Virus record (IMG/VR): IMGVR_UViG_3300046009_005595
Span: 1-64,000 of that record
Strand: one strand, 5' to 3'
DNA: 64,000 bases
Origin: an uncultured virus (IMG/VR IMGVR_UViG_3300046009_005595)
Lineage: Duplodnaviria; Heunggongvirae; Uroviricota; Caudoviricetes
Shown here piece after piece: positions 25,036 through 37,600 of this stretch (within the stretch, counting starts at the first letter, position 1; each line of letters opens with the position of its first letter). The notes beneath the pieces are model-generated. The model saw only the letters and a list, made by a program, of their open reading frames with translations, ran no database searches and was not told the DNA's origin. A program made the translations under genes and the position numbers.

Positions 25036-26465
25036 GTGATTTTAATCCTCAAAATTTTAGTATAGAAAAATTAAATTTAGTTACTTCTTCTGGAGCTAAT
25101 ATAGATATAAGATCTATGGTAGTTGAATTTAACTATTTTGAAGATATATTTGGCAATAGCACTTCTGGTAGTGTTATTTTGAGTAATTCTTTGAATTTAG
25201 ATGTTAATTATACTTGGAATGGTAGTGAATATTTAATATTATCTTTAAGTAAAGGAGAATATAATATATTTAGTACGGAACATTTGAATAAAATATTTAG
25301 AATATATAATATGGATGGTAAGAGATTAACAAAAGATACTAATGAAAATTTAATATTAAATTTTTGTAGTGAAGAGTTTTTAATATCTCAACAATATAAA
25401 ATCAATAAATCTTATAAAAATATGAAGATTGTTGATATGGTAAAAGATATTGCTTTTAATTATTTAAAAATACCAAAAAAAGAATTTACTAATTCAAATG
25501 CTTTTGATACTAGAGGTACATATGACATAGTTATACCTAATTTAATGCCTTTAGAGGCTATTAATTGGTTATGTACTTTCGCAATTTCATCAGATCCAAA
25601 AATAATAGGATCTACTTTTCTATTCTTTCAAGATAGATTTGGATGGAATTTTAAACCATTGTTAGCTATATATGGAGATTATGAAGTATATAATAAGAGA
25701 GGAAAAATATATAATACCTATTGGTATGGTACAAAAAACGATGGAAGCCAAACTGGAGATACTGTAGATTTTAAATCAATAATTTCATATCAAGTTTTAA
25801 ATTCTTATGATAGTTGTGATTATGTTACTGATGGAACTTTTGCTAATAAAGCAATAACTGTTAATTATATAACAAGAAAGCATGGAGTAGCAACATTTGA
25901 ATATGATTCATATTTTAATAAACTAAAACAATTAAGTTTATATAAACAACAGCCCTATGGACTAACCAATGGATTTACGAATAGATTTAATCACAAATAT
26001 AGCGATACTGTTGATAGTTTTGTAAAATGTATTTACTCGACTACAGACTTAGAGAAAAATGCATATATTAAGAAAAATACTCCAGCTATTAAGAATAATT
26101 ATTTAGAACAGTGTGTTCAATATAGATTTGCTCAAATGAAATTAATATCTTCTATTAGGGTTAAGATAGCTATTCCTGGAGATCCTTATATTACTGTTGG
26201 GGATGTTATTTATTTGTATCTGAAAGCTCCAGGACCAGAATCCATTGGATCTGATTTAAAGAAAAAAGAAGATAAAATATATTCTGGAATATATCTAGTA
26301 ACCGCAATAAGACATAGATTTAATCAAGATAATGATTTTGATACTACAATAGAACTATGTAAAGATAGTTTTATATCATCTGTTGAGGGATATAACACTT
26401 CAGGATTAGATACAGCTACTAATAATTCTTACATGAATACAGTTAAAACTTCTGGAGTTTTTTAA
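25032..26465 (+). CDS. Baseplate hub protein (gp27-like)
   Basis: FEDIF, FLFFQ, PGDP.ITVGD, SGIYLVTAIRH; lies between gp53 and gp5. Confidence 0.65.
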   Translation: MSDFNPQNFSIEKLNLVTSSGANIDIRSMVVEFNYFEDIFGNSTSGSVILSNSLNLDVNYTWNGSEYLILSLSKGEYNIFSTEHLNKIFRIYNMDGKRLTKDTNENLILNFCSEEFLISQQYKINKSYKNMKIVDMVKDIAFNYLKIPKKEFTNSNAFDTRGTYDIVIPNLMPLEAINWLCTFAISSDPKIIGSTFLFFQDRFGWNFKPLLAIYGDYEVYNKRGKIYNTYWYGTKNDGSQTGDTVDFKSIISYQVLNSYDSCDYVTDGTFANKAITVNYITRKHGVATFEYDSYFNKLKQLSLYKQQPYGLTNGFTNRFNHKYSDTVDSFVKCIYSTTDLEKNAYIKKNTPAIKNNYLEQCVQYRFAQMKLISSIRVKIAIPGDPYITVGDVIYLYLKAPGPESIGSDLKKKEDKIYSGIYLVTAIRHRFNQDNDFDTTIELCKDSFISSVEGYNTSGLDTATNNSYMNTVKTSGVF

Positions 26466-26467
26466 TA

Positions 26468-27397
26468 ATGTTAAATAAAAAGAATGTACCTGGATTAGAT
26501 GGTTTTGTTTGGTGGACAGGTATTGTAGAAAATAGAAAAGATCCTTTAAAATTAGGAAGACTTCAAATTAGAACATTTTTATGGAACAATGATAATAAAG
26601 AAATGGTTCCAACTGAAAATTTATTATGGGCGCATCCTATATTTGCAACTAATGCAGCAAATGATACATGTACATTACGAGAAGGAGATGCTGTTTTTGG
26701 TTTTTATTTAGATGGAGATTCAGCACAAGCACCATTCTTCTTTGGAAGATTTCCTGACATTCCTGAAGTTTTATATCCAGAAAATAAAGGATTTTCAGAT
26801 CCTGGTTTAAATTTAAACGAAAGACCAGTAGAAATTAATAAATGGACAATGACTTCTACTGGTGTTAGATATGAAAACAGAAGTCCTGAAAGATATCCAG
26901 CAAAGCATAAATTAAATCAGCCAACTACAAGTAGATTAGCAAGAAATGAGGATATTACTAGAACTGCTGTAACCTTTGTTAATGATAATATGACAAAAGG
27001 AAGTACTGTTTTTGGAACAGAACCCCAATTAGCTTTTAATCCAGTATATCCATATAATAATTCAAAAGAATCAGAATCAGGACATTATTTTGATATAGAT
27101 GATACTAAAGATAATGAAAGAATTTTCTTAATGCATAGAACTGGAACTTTTGATGAAGTTGGGCCTGATGGAACAAGACATCAAAAAAATTGTAAAGATT
27201 ATTGGCATGTTGTTCACGGAACAAGAAATGAATATGCAAAAAATAATTATAATTTAGAAGTTGGTGGTAATTATAATATGAATGCTAATAAAGATATTAA
27301 TATATCTTCAGCATCAAATATAATTATAACTTCTTCAACAAGTGTAACTGTAGTATCTCCTTTGATAACACTGATTGGTAATGTTGTAATGAATTAA
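26468..27397 (+). CDS. 5: Baseplate spike gp5 (OB fold plus short beta-helix, no lysozyme domain)
   Basis: WWTGIVENRKDPLKLGR, LLWA, VFGFYLDG..AQ.P, YPYN...ESGH...DDT...ERI..H.TGT. Confidence 0.9.
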   Translation: MLNKKNVPGLDGFVWWTGIVENRKDPLKLGRLQIRTFLWNNDNKEMVPTENLLWAHPIFATNAANDTCTLREGDAVFGFYLDGDSAQAPFFFGRFPDIPEVLYPENKGFSDPGLNLNERPVEINKWTMTSTGVRYENRSPERYPAKHKLNQPTTSRLARNEDITRTAVTFVNDNMTKGSTVFGTEPQLAFNPVYPYNNSKESESGHYFDIDDTKDNERIFLMHRTGTFDEVGPDGTRHQKNCKDYWHVVHGTRNEYAKNNYNLEVGGNYNMNANKDINISSASNIIITSSTSVTVVSPLITLIGNVVMN

Positions 27398-27427
27398 TAG
27401 GCATTAATAAAAACCATAAATAGTAAC

Positions 27428-27838
27428 ATGAAAACAGTATATACACAACAACAAAATAGAATAGCTTTTTCGGATTTGGATCTTAATTTTAATATCCTTA
27501 AATCTAGTAAAAATTTAGATATAAACTATAATGATGATGCTATAAAACAATCAGTAAAAAATCTTATATTAACCAGACATTATGAAAAACCTTTTCATTC
27601 TAATATAGGATCTAGTATATATTCTTTATTATTTGAACAAATGACAGTAGCTACCGCTAGTATTATTGAAGCGGAAATTAATAGCGTATTAACTAAATAT
27701 GAACCAAGAATAACTTTATCTGGAATAATAGTTAAACCTGATTATGATAACCATATATATGACATACAAATAGAGTATTATATAGTTGGTCAAACTACTC
27801 CTGTATCAATAACAGTATTTTTAGAAAAATTAAGATAA
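27428..27838 (+). CDS. 25: Baseplate wedge subunit gp25
   Basis: SDLDL.F, AIKQSVKNL.LT...EKPF, YEPR. Confidence 0.92.
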   Translation: MKTVYTQQQNRIAFSDLDLNFNILKSSKNLDINYNDDAIKQSVKNLILTRHYEKPFHSNIGSSIYSLLFEQMTVATASIIEAEINSVLTKYEPRITLSGIIVKPDYDNHIYDIQIEYYIVGQTTPVSITVFLEKLR

Positions 27839-27881
27839 TAGACATGCATATACTAAACCAAAGGTATAAAGAGGAAACCCT

Positions 27882-29942
27882 ATGAGTGGAGCAAACTCAA
27901 ACATTCAATTGACAGGATTAGATTTTGATGATATTAAAAATAATTTAAAACTTTTTTTAAAAAGTCAAGATGTATTAAAAGATGCTAATTACGAAGGAAG
28001 TGTTTTATCTACTTTGTTAGATATTTTAGCATATAACACTCATTATCAAGCATATTATTTAAATATGATGGCTAATGAAATGTTTTTGGATACTTCAACT
28101 AAAAGAACTTCAGTAATATCACATGCTAAGTTATTAGGATATACTCCACAATCTTATATACCATCTTCAGCTAAAATTAATTTAGTATTTAATAATGTTA
28201 AAACAGATTTTATAACTATTCCAAAATATACTAAGTTTATGAGTAGTGTTGTTAATGGACAAACTTATAACTTTATAACAAATGAAGAAATAACTGTAAA
28301 ATCAAATAATTCAACAAAGTCTGCTACTGCTAATGATGTTATTATCATTCAAGGTGTTCCTATAGCACATCAATTTTTATATAGTAGCACTAATAATCCA
28401 AAATCTATATTTAAAATTCCAGATCCTACAGTAGATACTAGCACTATAAAAGTATTAGTGCAAAATTCCACAACAGATGTTAGGTTGGAGGTATACTCTC
28501 CACCAAAAGATTTATTAGCTTTAGATAGCAATTCATTGGTGTATTTTATTCAAGAATCTTTGGATGGATATTATGAAATTTATTTTGGAGATGGCTATTT
28601 AGGAAAGAAGTTAAATGATGGAAATATAGTTTATATAACATACATATCATCTTCAGAAAATATATCTGTTGATATATCTTCCTTTGCTTTAGTTGATGAT
28701 CTAGGAGACTATAGTTCATATAATATTGATATTGTAGAATCTTCAAGATCTGGTTCTGTTAAACAGTCTATTGATTCTATTAAATGGCTTGCTCCTAAAG
28801 TATATTCAGCACAAGAAAGAGCTGTTACTTTAAATGATTATATAGCACTAATAACAAAAAACTCACAACAATTTCCTATAGATTCTGTTAATGTTTGGTC
28901 TGGAGAATCTAATGTTCCTCCTATATATGGAAAGATATTCATATCACTAAAACCAAAAGGTGGATATTCATTAACAATATCTCAAAAAAATTATATAAAA
29001 GAAAATATAATAAAACCAATTAGTGTTGTTACTATAGAACCAATAATAGTAGATCCTGAATATACTTACGTTAGATTAGACATTAGTGCTATATATAATA
29101 AAAATAAAACATTAACTAGTTTAAATCAATTACAAGATTTTATTAAGTCAACAGTAAGTGATTTTTCTTCTAACACATTAAATACTTTTTATTCAACATT
29201 AGCTATTTCTGAATTATCTGAAAGGATTAATAATATTGATGATTCTATAATTGCAAATGAAATTGATGTTGTTTTAGAAAAAAGAATTATACCAGCATTA
29301 GGAACATCAAATAAATATACTATAGATTTTGGAGTTGCTATTAAGAGAGATGTTTTAAGAAAATCAGTATCTGTTAGTCCAACATTTAAAGTTATTGATA
29401 ATTTCAATTCAGTTTTAAGAAATGAAGTTTTTGTTGAAGAAACACCATCATCAGGATCTTCTATAATTAGCATTCAGGTAATGTCTCAAGGATTTAACTA
29501 TACTTCAGTTCCTACTGTTACTATAGTTGGAGATGGTAGTGGAGCAACCGCAGTAGCTGAAATATTAAATGGACAGATATCAAAAATAAATGTAACAAAT
29601 AAAGGATCAGGATATACTCAAGCAGCAGTTCAAATATCTGGAGGTGGTGGGCTTAATGCATACGCTCTTCCTACTATAGATTCTCAAATTGGATTGTTAA
29701 GAAGTTTTTATTATTTAGATGGAAATAAAATAATTTTAGATTCTAACTTTGGTGTTGTTGATTATTTAAATGGCATAATAACATTAAATTCATTTAATCC
29801 AGAAGAAATTAATAATTCATTATCAATATTAAGTATAAATGTTGTTCCTGATACTACACTAATAAAATCTATTAATAATAGAATTATTACAATAGATCCA
29901 TACGATTATACAGCAGTAAAAGTTACATTATCACAACAATGA
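27882..29942 (+). CDS. 6: Baseplate wedge subunit gp6
   Basis: LDFDDIK.NL, LLDILAYNTHY, NEMFLD, YEIYFGDG, AQERAVT..DY. Confidence 0.93.
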   Translation: MSGANSNIQLTGLDFDDIKNNLKLFLKSQDVLKDANYEGSVLSTLLDILAYNTHYQAYYLNMMANEMFLDTSTKRTSVISHAKLLGYTPQSYIPSSAKINLVFNNVKTDFITIPKYTKFMSSVVNGQTYNFITNEEITVKSNNSTKSATANDVIIIQGVPIAHQFLYSSTNNPKSIFKIPDPTVDTSTIKVLVQNSTTDVRLEVYSPPKDLLALDSNSLVYFIQESLDGYYEIYFGDGYLGKKLNDGNIVYITYISSSENISVDISSFALVDDLGDYSSYNIDIVESSRSGSVKQSIDSIKWLAPKVYSAQERAVTLNDYIALITKNSQQFPIDSVNVWSGESNVPPIYGKIFISLKPKGGYSLTISQKNYIKENIIKPISVVTIEPIIVDPEYTYVRLDISAIYNKNKTLTSLNQLQDFIKSTVSDFSSNTLNTFYSTLAISELSERINNIDDSIIANEIDVVLEKRIIPALGTSNKYTIDFGVAIKRDVLRKSVSVSPTFKVIDNFNSVLRNEVFVEETPSSGSSIISIQVMSQGFNYTSVPTVTIVGDGSGATAVAEILNGQISKINVTNKGSGYTQAAVQISGGGGLNAYALPTIDSQIGLLRSFYYLDGNKIILDSNFGVVDYLNGIITLNSFNPEEINNSLSILSINVVPDTTLIKSINNRIITIDPYDYTAVKVTLSQQ

Positions 29943-32900
29943 TACCAAATAATCACAAAACCTATTTAAATATTTTAAATAATATACCTCAGTATATTAA
30001 AGATGAAGACTCGTATGTAAATTTTATAAATTTCCTACAAGCATATTACGAATGGTTATCTGAAAAAGATAATGTTGAAGATAAAATAAACAATCTTCAA
30101 TATTATATGGATATTGATGAAACTATAGAAGAATTTGAAAAATATTTCTTTAATCAATTCCTTCAATATTTTCCTGAAGAAACTTTAGTAGATAAAAGAA
30201 AACTTGTAAAATTCTCAAAAGAGTTATATCAAAGAAAATCTACTCCAGCCTCTTTTAAATTTTTATTTAGGGCTTTATATAATTCAGACTGTGAAGTTTT
30301 TGAAGCTAAAGATTATATATTAAAAGCCTCTGATGGTAAATGGGCTACAAGTAAAACAGTACAGATAAAAACTATTGATAGTAGGTTTTTAAAAGTAAGA
30401 AATTATTTAATAATAGGTGAAATTTCTAAAGCTGTAGGTAGAATAGAAAAATCTAAAATAACTGGAACAAAAATAGAAATATTTTTAAGTGATATAAACA
30501 GAGATTTTACCTCTGGAGAATTCATAAGAATAGTTGATTCTAATTTTCAAGATGTTATAATCGATGGTAGTAATTTAAGAGCTAAAATTTCTGGTTCAGT
30601 TAAAACAATTTTAGTAAACCCAAATTTCACAGGATTGAATTATTTACCTGGTGATCCTGTTATTATTCATAATGGACTAAATCCAGATGTAGAAAATCCT
30701 ATTGGAGCTTTAGCTGAAGTTGAATCTGTTGCTGAAGGTGGACTTGGTAATATATTAGTATTAGATGGATCACAAGGATTTAGATTACATCCATATAGTG
30801 ATGTTGAAATTACTGGAGGTGGTGGTGGATTTGGAGCATCTGCTCAAGTTATCGGTGTTGATTATACTGATCCTTTCTTGACAACAGGCGTTTCTATGGA
30901 CACCGTATATAAGTACAGAAATATTCATTTGAATGATTCTGCTTATGGATTTTCTAATAATATGGTTGCTAATGCAAATACCAGATTAATAAATGCATTA
31001 ACAACCCCAACATTTACCACATACCCATTAAAAGCAATATCAGTTGTTAATAAAGGTAGTAGATATGTTAGAATACCTGATATTAATGTAGTTTCTAACT
31101 ATGCAACTGATATTCAAACTAAAGCAAATTTAGCAGCATTAAAAATATTAGGACCAATATCTGTTGTATCAAACGGAAGTAACTATTCGGTAAATGATAC
31201 TATAATCTTTTCTGGAGGAACAGGAGCAGGAGCATTTGCTAATGTAACTTCTGTAGATGGATCTGGTGGTATAGTATCTGTAGATTATGTTTCTAATTAT
31301 ACTAATAATGGACAAATTTATCCTATAGGTGGATTAGGTTATAATGTTCTTCCAACATTATCAGTAAAATCTTTAACCGGAAGTGATGCTGAATTAAGAG
31401 TTAATCATGTTCTCGGTGATGGTGAAATAGCAACAGCAGCAACAGATTCTATAGGTCAAGTAAAATCAATAAAAATTATTGAACCTGGTGAAGATTATAT
31501 AACAACCCCAGCAGTATCTTTAAGAATAATGGATATTGCAGTTGCTAACGTTTCATTATTAGAAATACCATCACAAGGATCAAAAATATATCAGGGAACT
31601 GCAAATTCATCAACATATAAAGCAATTTTATATTCCGTAAATCCTATATCAGCACCAGAAAATAAATTTGTTTTAAGAGTATATGATTATTCTGGAGTTA
31701 TAAAAAATGAACCTTTATATATTGATAAAGATACTATTAATGATCAATACTTTTCATATACAATATTAACTGATTATATATTTGGTAGATATAATAATGG
31801 TATTATTTATTATGGAAATGGTTCTGCTAGAGCTAATGCAAAATTATTAACAGGAACAACTGCATATGATGGAAAATATTTAAATGCTGATGGACATTTA
31901 AGTGCATATTGCAAATTAGAAAGTGAAGTATATAATAATTTTACATACTTTTTAGATGTTAACATTGAATTCAACAAATATAAAGAAATTTTATATAATG
32001 TTTTAAATCCTGCTGGGGTTAAGGTAATTGGAAAAAATATTATTTTAAATAATGATAAATTTAATAATGAATACAATCCTTTTGTATATACAAAAAAACA
32101 AAATATAAAAACTTTATTTGGATCAAATGCAAATGGTGTGATGGTTCTTTCTGATAGTATAGGAAGTAATATCATTCAATTGTATGGAGTGTCTGCAAAC
32201 ACATTAGCTTCATATATTGATCCTGATGTTGATGAAGTTAAATTAACTATTATTAATAATTCTCAGAGTGTTTCTCAGATGAACATTTTAGTTAATAGTA
32301 TGTTAATTCCAGAATTCCCACCAATAGGTAATACAATATATCAAGGAAGTTCTACATCACCAACATTCTATGGAAGTTTGTATGATTATGGTTTAGTATC
32401 TGAAAATTTATATGAGATTGTGTTAAAAGATTATCATGGAACTATAGATACTTCCAAAGGTGCTCAAATATATTGTGATAAATCTACAAATAATGATAAA
32501 TATTATACATTCCCTATTTATCTGGATAGTTATTATCCATATATGAAAGGTATTACTTCATATAACAATAGAGAAATTTTCTATTCAACAATAACTAAAG
32601 TGGTAAATACCAGCATAGAGTTAGAATCTTATAATATTATTAAATTTGATGGAGTTGCTAATGGATATTCATATAACGATAGCATTATTCTAACAGACAT
32701 AAACAATAAATTTAATTTGATAAATAATGGAAAATATAGTTCTTCAGAAAAACTAAGAGACATGGTTTTTGTTGGAGATCTAATTAATACTTCAAACAAT
32801 ACAGATTTAGTTGTTACTGAAGTAGATTATTCAAACAACGTTATATATTTTGCTTCAGGAACTGTTAATTCTGATGGTGATGAGACTAGTCCAGTTGAAA

Positions 32901-32950
32901 TAAATATTACAAGAAACTTTAATTCAGACGAAATTTACATAGAGTTTTAA
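29939..32950 (+). CDS. Baseplate wedge initiator gp7-like
   Basis: FINFLQAYYEW, SFKFLFRALY, LKASDGKW; between gp6 and gp8. Confidence 0.7.
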   Translation: MIPNNHKTYLNILNNIPQYIKDEDSYVNFINFLQAYYEWLSEKDNVEDKINNLQYYMDIDETIEEFEKYFFNQFLQYFPEETLVDKRKLVKFSKELYQRKSTPASFKFLFRALYNSDCEVFEAKDYILKASDGKWATSKTVQIKTIDSRFLKVRNYLIIGEISKAVGRIEKSKITGTKIEIFLSDINRDFTSGEFIRIVDSNFQDVIIDGSNLRAKISGSVKTILVNPNFTGLNYLPGDPVIIHNGLNPDVENPIGALAEVESVAEGGLGNILVLDGSQGFRLHPYSDVEITGGGGGFGASAQVIGVDYTDPFLTTGVSMDTVYKYRNIHLNDSAYGFSNNMVANANTRLINALTTPTFTTYPLKAISVVNKGSRYVRIPDINVVSNYATDIQTKANLAALKILGPISVVSNGSNYSVNDTIIFSGGTGAGAFANVTSVDGSGGIVSVDYVSNYTNNGQIYPIGGLGYNVLPTLSVKSLTGSDAELRVNHVLGDGEIATAATDSIGQVKSIKIIEPGEDYITTPAVSLRIMDIAVANVSLLEIPSQGSKIYQGTANSSTYKAILYSVNPISAPENKFVLRVYDYSGVIKNEPLYIDKDTINDQYFSYTILTDYIFGRYNNGIIYYGNGSARANAKLLTGTTAYDGKYLNADGHLSAYCKLESEVYNNFTYFLDVNIEFNKYKEILYNVLNPAGVKVIGKNIILNNDKFNNEYNPFVYTKKQNIKTLFGSNANGVMVLSDSIGSNIIQLYGVSANTLASYIDPDVDEVKLTIINNSQSVSQMNILVNSMLIPEFPPIGNTIYQGSSTSPTFYGSLYDYGLVSENLYEIVLKDYHGTIDTSKGAQIYCDKSTNNDKYYTFPIYLDSYYPYMKGITSYNNREIFYSTITKVVNTSIELESYNIIKFDGVANGYSYNDSIILTDINNKFNLINNGKYSSSEKLRDMVFVGDLINTSNNTDLVVTEVDYSNNVIYFASGTVNSDGDETSPVEINITRNFNSDEIYIEF

Positions 32951-32958
32951 ATAAAATT

Positions 32959-34611
32959 ATGACACAAACATCCAATAACATAGGAATTTTAACATCTAGT
33001 TCTTCTGTACATGAAATAGAAAAATTTTACTATGCTCCTATATCTTATTATGCAGATACAAGAAATATAATATCTAATTTATATTGTTTCTTATCATATG
33101 ATAGTTCTATAGCAGAATTTGATATATCAGGAAACACAACAACAACTCCTGTTGAAACTGCAAAATCAATAAAAGAATATCATAAAAATATATTTGCAGT
33201 TAAAAGAATATTAGATAGTGATATTTCTCCAGTAATTCAAAGAATAAATTGGAAAACAGATACTTATTATGATATCTATAAAGATAATGAGTTTATGTTT
33301 CATAGAGACTCTGATGGAAAATTAATAAAAAATTTCTATATTATTAATAAATACGATCAAGTGTTTAAATGTTTATGGAATGCTAAAAATTCAGATGAAC
33401 ATTATGATGTAAGTTCAATTTCAAAATCAAATAATGTAGTTTCTATATATCACTCTGGACCTGATGTATTTCAAATTGGAGATTATATAACTTTAGATAA
33501 TGTTAATCCTTCTGAATACAATGGAACTTATGTTGTAGTTGATGGTAGTTATGGTATTGCAAATGTATCGTATGCGTTAAATACTTCATATTCAGTTTCT
33601 GCAAATTCAAATTATACTTCAAACGGAATTATATATTATGCTTCATTATCTACTGAAGAACCTCAATTAGATGTTGGTACTTTTGATAATTCTGTTACTC
33701 TTTATACAGCAGATGGTTATAAATGGAAATATATCTATACTGTGGATAAAGGACAAAAAGAAAGATTTTATACTAAGGATTATATTCCTGTTCCTATATC
33801 AGTAGACACACCTCCAAATTCATATATAACAGAATCAGGGGCTGGTTCTTTAGATATAATAGGAGTTTCTTATGGAGGAAATGCATATTCTGATGGAACA
33901 ACTACAACTACAGTTAATATAACAGGCGATGGTCAAGGAGCTAATGCTGTTGCTTATGTTGTTGGTGGTTCAGTATATGATGTTATTATAACAAATGCAG
34001 GATCTAATTACACTACAGCAAATGCTGTTATAGTACCAAGTTTTGGTCAAGGTGGATCTGGAGCTATTTTAGAACTTTATCCTTCTCCAATAGGAGGTCA
34101 TGGGTTCGATCCTATAGCAGAATTTGGATGTAATTCTATAATGGTATCTGCTCAATTCTTTGGAAGTGAGGGTGGTACAATTCCAACTGATGTTTATTAT
34201 AATCAAATAGGATTGTTAATTAATCCTTATGCTAAAAAAGATCCAGATAATCATGCTAATTCTACTATATTCTTAACTTCTACTATATTATCAGTATCAG
34301 CTACTATCTCACCATTTACTCAAGGAGAAATATTGATACAAGGAGAAAGTATAAATAATTATATATTTAAAGCTGAGTGTTTATCATATGATGCTATTAA
34401 TAATGTATTATATGTTGTTAATACTCAAGGAACTGCAACTCCTAATTATGCTGTTCGTGGTTTGAGTTCAGGAGGATATTCTATTGTGTCTGGTTTTACT
34501 AGTCCAACTATTTCTCCATATACTGGGTATATAACTTATATAGAAAATATCCCAACAGCAATAAGAAATCCATCAGATACAGAACAATTCAATTTGATAA
34601 TAAAATATTAA
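32959..34611 (+). CDS. 8: Baseplate wedge subunit gp8
   Basis: RINW, VFKCLWN, DGYKWKYIYT, GGHG.DP..E, R....TE. Confidence 0.85.
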   Translation: MTQTSNNIGILTSSSSVHEIEKFYYAPISYYADTRNIISNLYCFLSYDSSIAEFDISGNTTTTPVETAKSIKEYHKNIFAVKRILDSDISPVIQRINWKTDTYYDIYKDNEFMFHRDSDGKLIKNFYIINKYDQVFKCLWNAKNSDEHYDVSSISKSNNVVSIYHSGPDVFQIGDYITLDNVNPSEYNGTYVVVDGSYGIANVSYALNTSYSVSANSNYTSNGIIYYASLSTEEPQLDVGTFDNSVTLYTADGYKWKYIYTVDKGQKERFYTKDYIPVPISVDTPPNSYITESGAGSLDIIGVSYGGNAYSDGTTTTTVNITGDGQGANAVAYVVGGSVYDVIITNAGSNYTTANAVIVPSFGQGGSGAILELYPSPIGGHGFDPIAEFGCNSIMVSAQFFGSEGGTIPTDVYYNQIGLLINPYAKKDPDNHANSTIFLTSTILSVSATISPFTQGEILIQGESINNYIFKAECLSYDAINNVLYVVNTQGTATPNYAVRGLSSGGYSIVSGFTSPTISPYTGYITYIENIPTAIRNPSDTEQFNLIIKY

Positions 34612-34621
34612 GGTAAAAAAT

Positions 34622-37600
34622 ATGTCGCTAAATTTTTCAAATTCTCCTTATTGGGATGATTTCAATACCAACAAAAATTTCTATAGAGTTTTGTTTAAGC
34701 CAGGATATGCTGTCCAAGCTAGAGAATTGACTCAACTACAAACTATAGCACAAAGTCAAGTCACAAAATTAGGTGATCATATTTTTAAAAACCATTCTGT
34801 GGTTTCTGGCGCAAAATGCACAGTTAATATAAATGTTAATTATATTAAATTGAACGATTTAGATCCTAATGGATTTGAAATAATAGCAAAAGATTTTTTA
34901 AATGCTATCATTAATAGTTCAGATGGTTCTGTTGTAGCAAAAGTATTAAATACTTCAGAAAAACAAATAGATAATTTAGGAAATCTATTAGAGCCACCGA
35001 CATTAATAGTGTCATATATGTCTGGAGATAATTTTACTAGTGGAAGTTCTATTGTTGTATCAGGATCAGAGTTAACAGCAACAGTAATTTCTGAAGGTTC
35101 TATATATCAACCAGCAGTTGGACCATCTTCTATTGCATCTATAACTGATGGTGTTTTCTATATTAATGGAATTTTTGCATCAATACAACAACAAACAGTA
35201 AATATAAATGAATATTCAAACACACCTTCAGCAAGAATAGGTATATCTATAGTTGAAAGTATTGTAAATTCATCAGATGATCCTACATTACTAGATCCTG
35301 CTCTTGGTTCATCAAATTTCCAAGCTCCTGGTGCTGATAGATATGCTATTAATTTAGTACTAACAACAAAACCTTTAACATTAGATCAAGATTCTAATTT
35401 CATAGAACTAATTAGAATTGAAAATGGAGTTCTTGCTAAAAATGTTGTAGATACTCAATATTCAGTTATTGATGATTACTTTGCTAAAAGATCTTTTGAT
35501 ACTAATGGTGATTATGTATCTAATAAATTTAAATTAACTCCTAAAGCAAATCCAGATACAGCAAATGCAGACAGTACATTTATTGTTACTGTAGGGAAAG
35601 GTAAAGCTTATATTAGAGGATATTCTGTTGAAAACACTGGAGATTATAATTTAGTAGTTAACAGAGCTAGAGATACTGCTTCTGTAGCAAATAAATCTAT
35701 CTATTTAAATTATGGAAATCATGTATATTGTAATAATGTAACAGGATTTTTTGATTTTAAATCTTATACTTCTGTAGATATTCATTGCACTCCAGTTGCT
35801 AATACCAATAACACAACATCCCAAACATATTCTTCTACTATTGCAGCGACAGCTAAAGTTAGAGGAATGCAATTTGTATTTGCTGAAAATTACAACAAAG
35901 CAAATACATTTGTGTATGAAATGTTCCTTACAGAAATACAAAATAATGTATTAAGTGATTCTGCTGCCAATACTTCAGCAAATACTATAACTTTCCCTAG
36001 TTATTTTTCAGATGTAAATAATGCATATGTTGGAACTTATGTAAAAATAATATCTGGTGAAAATAATGGAGATATAGCTCAAATAGTATCATATGATGGA
36101 TCTAGTAGAAAAGCTTATTTACTTGGATCAACAAACGGAAACTTTAAATATCTTCCAGAAACAAATTGTCAATTTTCAATTTTATTTGGAACAAAAGATT
36201 TTGAATCATTATATAATGTTGATGATGTTAGTAAAAATATAAAAGCTCAAATCTATCCAACAAGTAAAGTTGATGGATTACCATCAGGTGATACTATATT
36301 AAGAAACGCAGGAAATCAAGAACTAATCTATAGATTAGAAAATAATTATATTGTTCCTGATTCTATAACAGGAACATCTTATTATTCATGGATTAGATAT
36401 ACTAACCAACCTATCAATGTAACTTTATCAGTTTCAGGTTCAGGAGTTATGGAATTCCAAGGAGGAAGCGATGGAGTTGAGCTTAGTGTAGATAAAATTA
36501 ATGAAAACTTTATATGTGTGGTTCGTAATCCTGGAACAGGACATGGGTTAAAAGTCGGAGATATATTCGTATTTCAAGGAATATCATCTAATGGTATTAA
36601 ATTAGCTGCTTCTGGTGGTTATAGTGGTGCTCTAGCAACAATAACAGTAACTGGATATTCTGATGTTTATGTTGATATATTTGCTAAAGTTTATATTAAT
36701 AATGCTGACAATACTGCTTATATCAGAAAAAGTAAAGTATTAAATTCAGCAAATTTAACATCTGTTGCTATTAGTGGTACTCAAGTTGTACCAGGAGAAG
36801 TATTTGTAGATACTGTAAATTCACAAGTTTATATTGCAAATAATTCATTTAACACAGCATCTCAATCTTTATATATTTCAGATGTAACCAAAATATTAAA
36901 AATAATTGATACTGGGGTCGATGAATTTGGTGATCCTAGAACTGCAACTTCTGATATGATTCCTGATCCTACATATGATGTAACAAGATATTATACATTT
37001 AGTAATGGTCAAGGAGATAATTTCTATGATCATGCTTCAATTAAATTAATTCCAGGATCTCCTCCTCCAGTTGGAAATATCTTAGTATTATTATCATATT
37101 ATGATCATACTGGTGGTGATGGATTCTTTACCGCAGGATCATATACTGATGTTAGATATGAAGATCTTCCATCATATGTTGGAAAAAGCAGCGGAACTTT
37201 ATATAATTTAAGAGATTGTATTGATTTTAGATCTAGAAGAAAAAATGCTAATTCTGAATTTATAATAGATTCTAACATATCTAATCCTATAGGAATTCCT
37301 ATTGATGAAACAAAATTCACTCTACAATCTTCATATTTCTTAGGAAGAAAAGATGTTATTGTTATCAGTAAAGATAAAAATATATCTTTAATTCAAGGTA
37401 TTTCTGATTTAAACCCAAAAGAACCTAATGTTCCTGAAGGAGCTATGTTACTTGGTAAATTAACATTGGAACCTTATACTGCATATCTACCTTCAGATAA
37501 TCTATTTGGAGGAGCTTCTAGTGTTTCTCTAGAATATGTTAATCATAAAAGATGGAGAATGGAAGATATAACAACTCTAGAAGATAGAATCAACAGACTA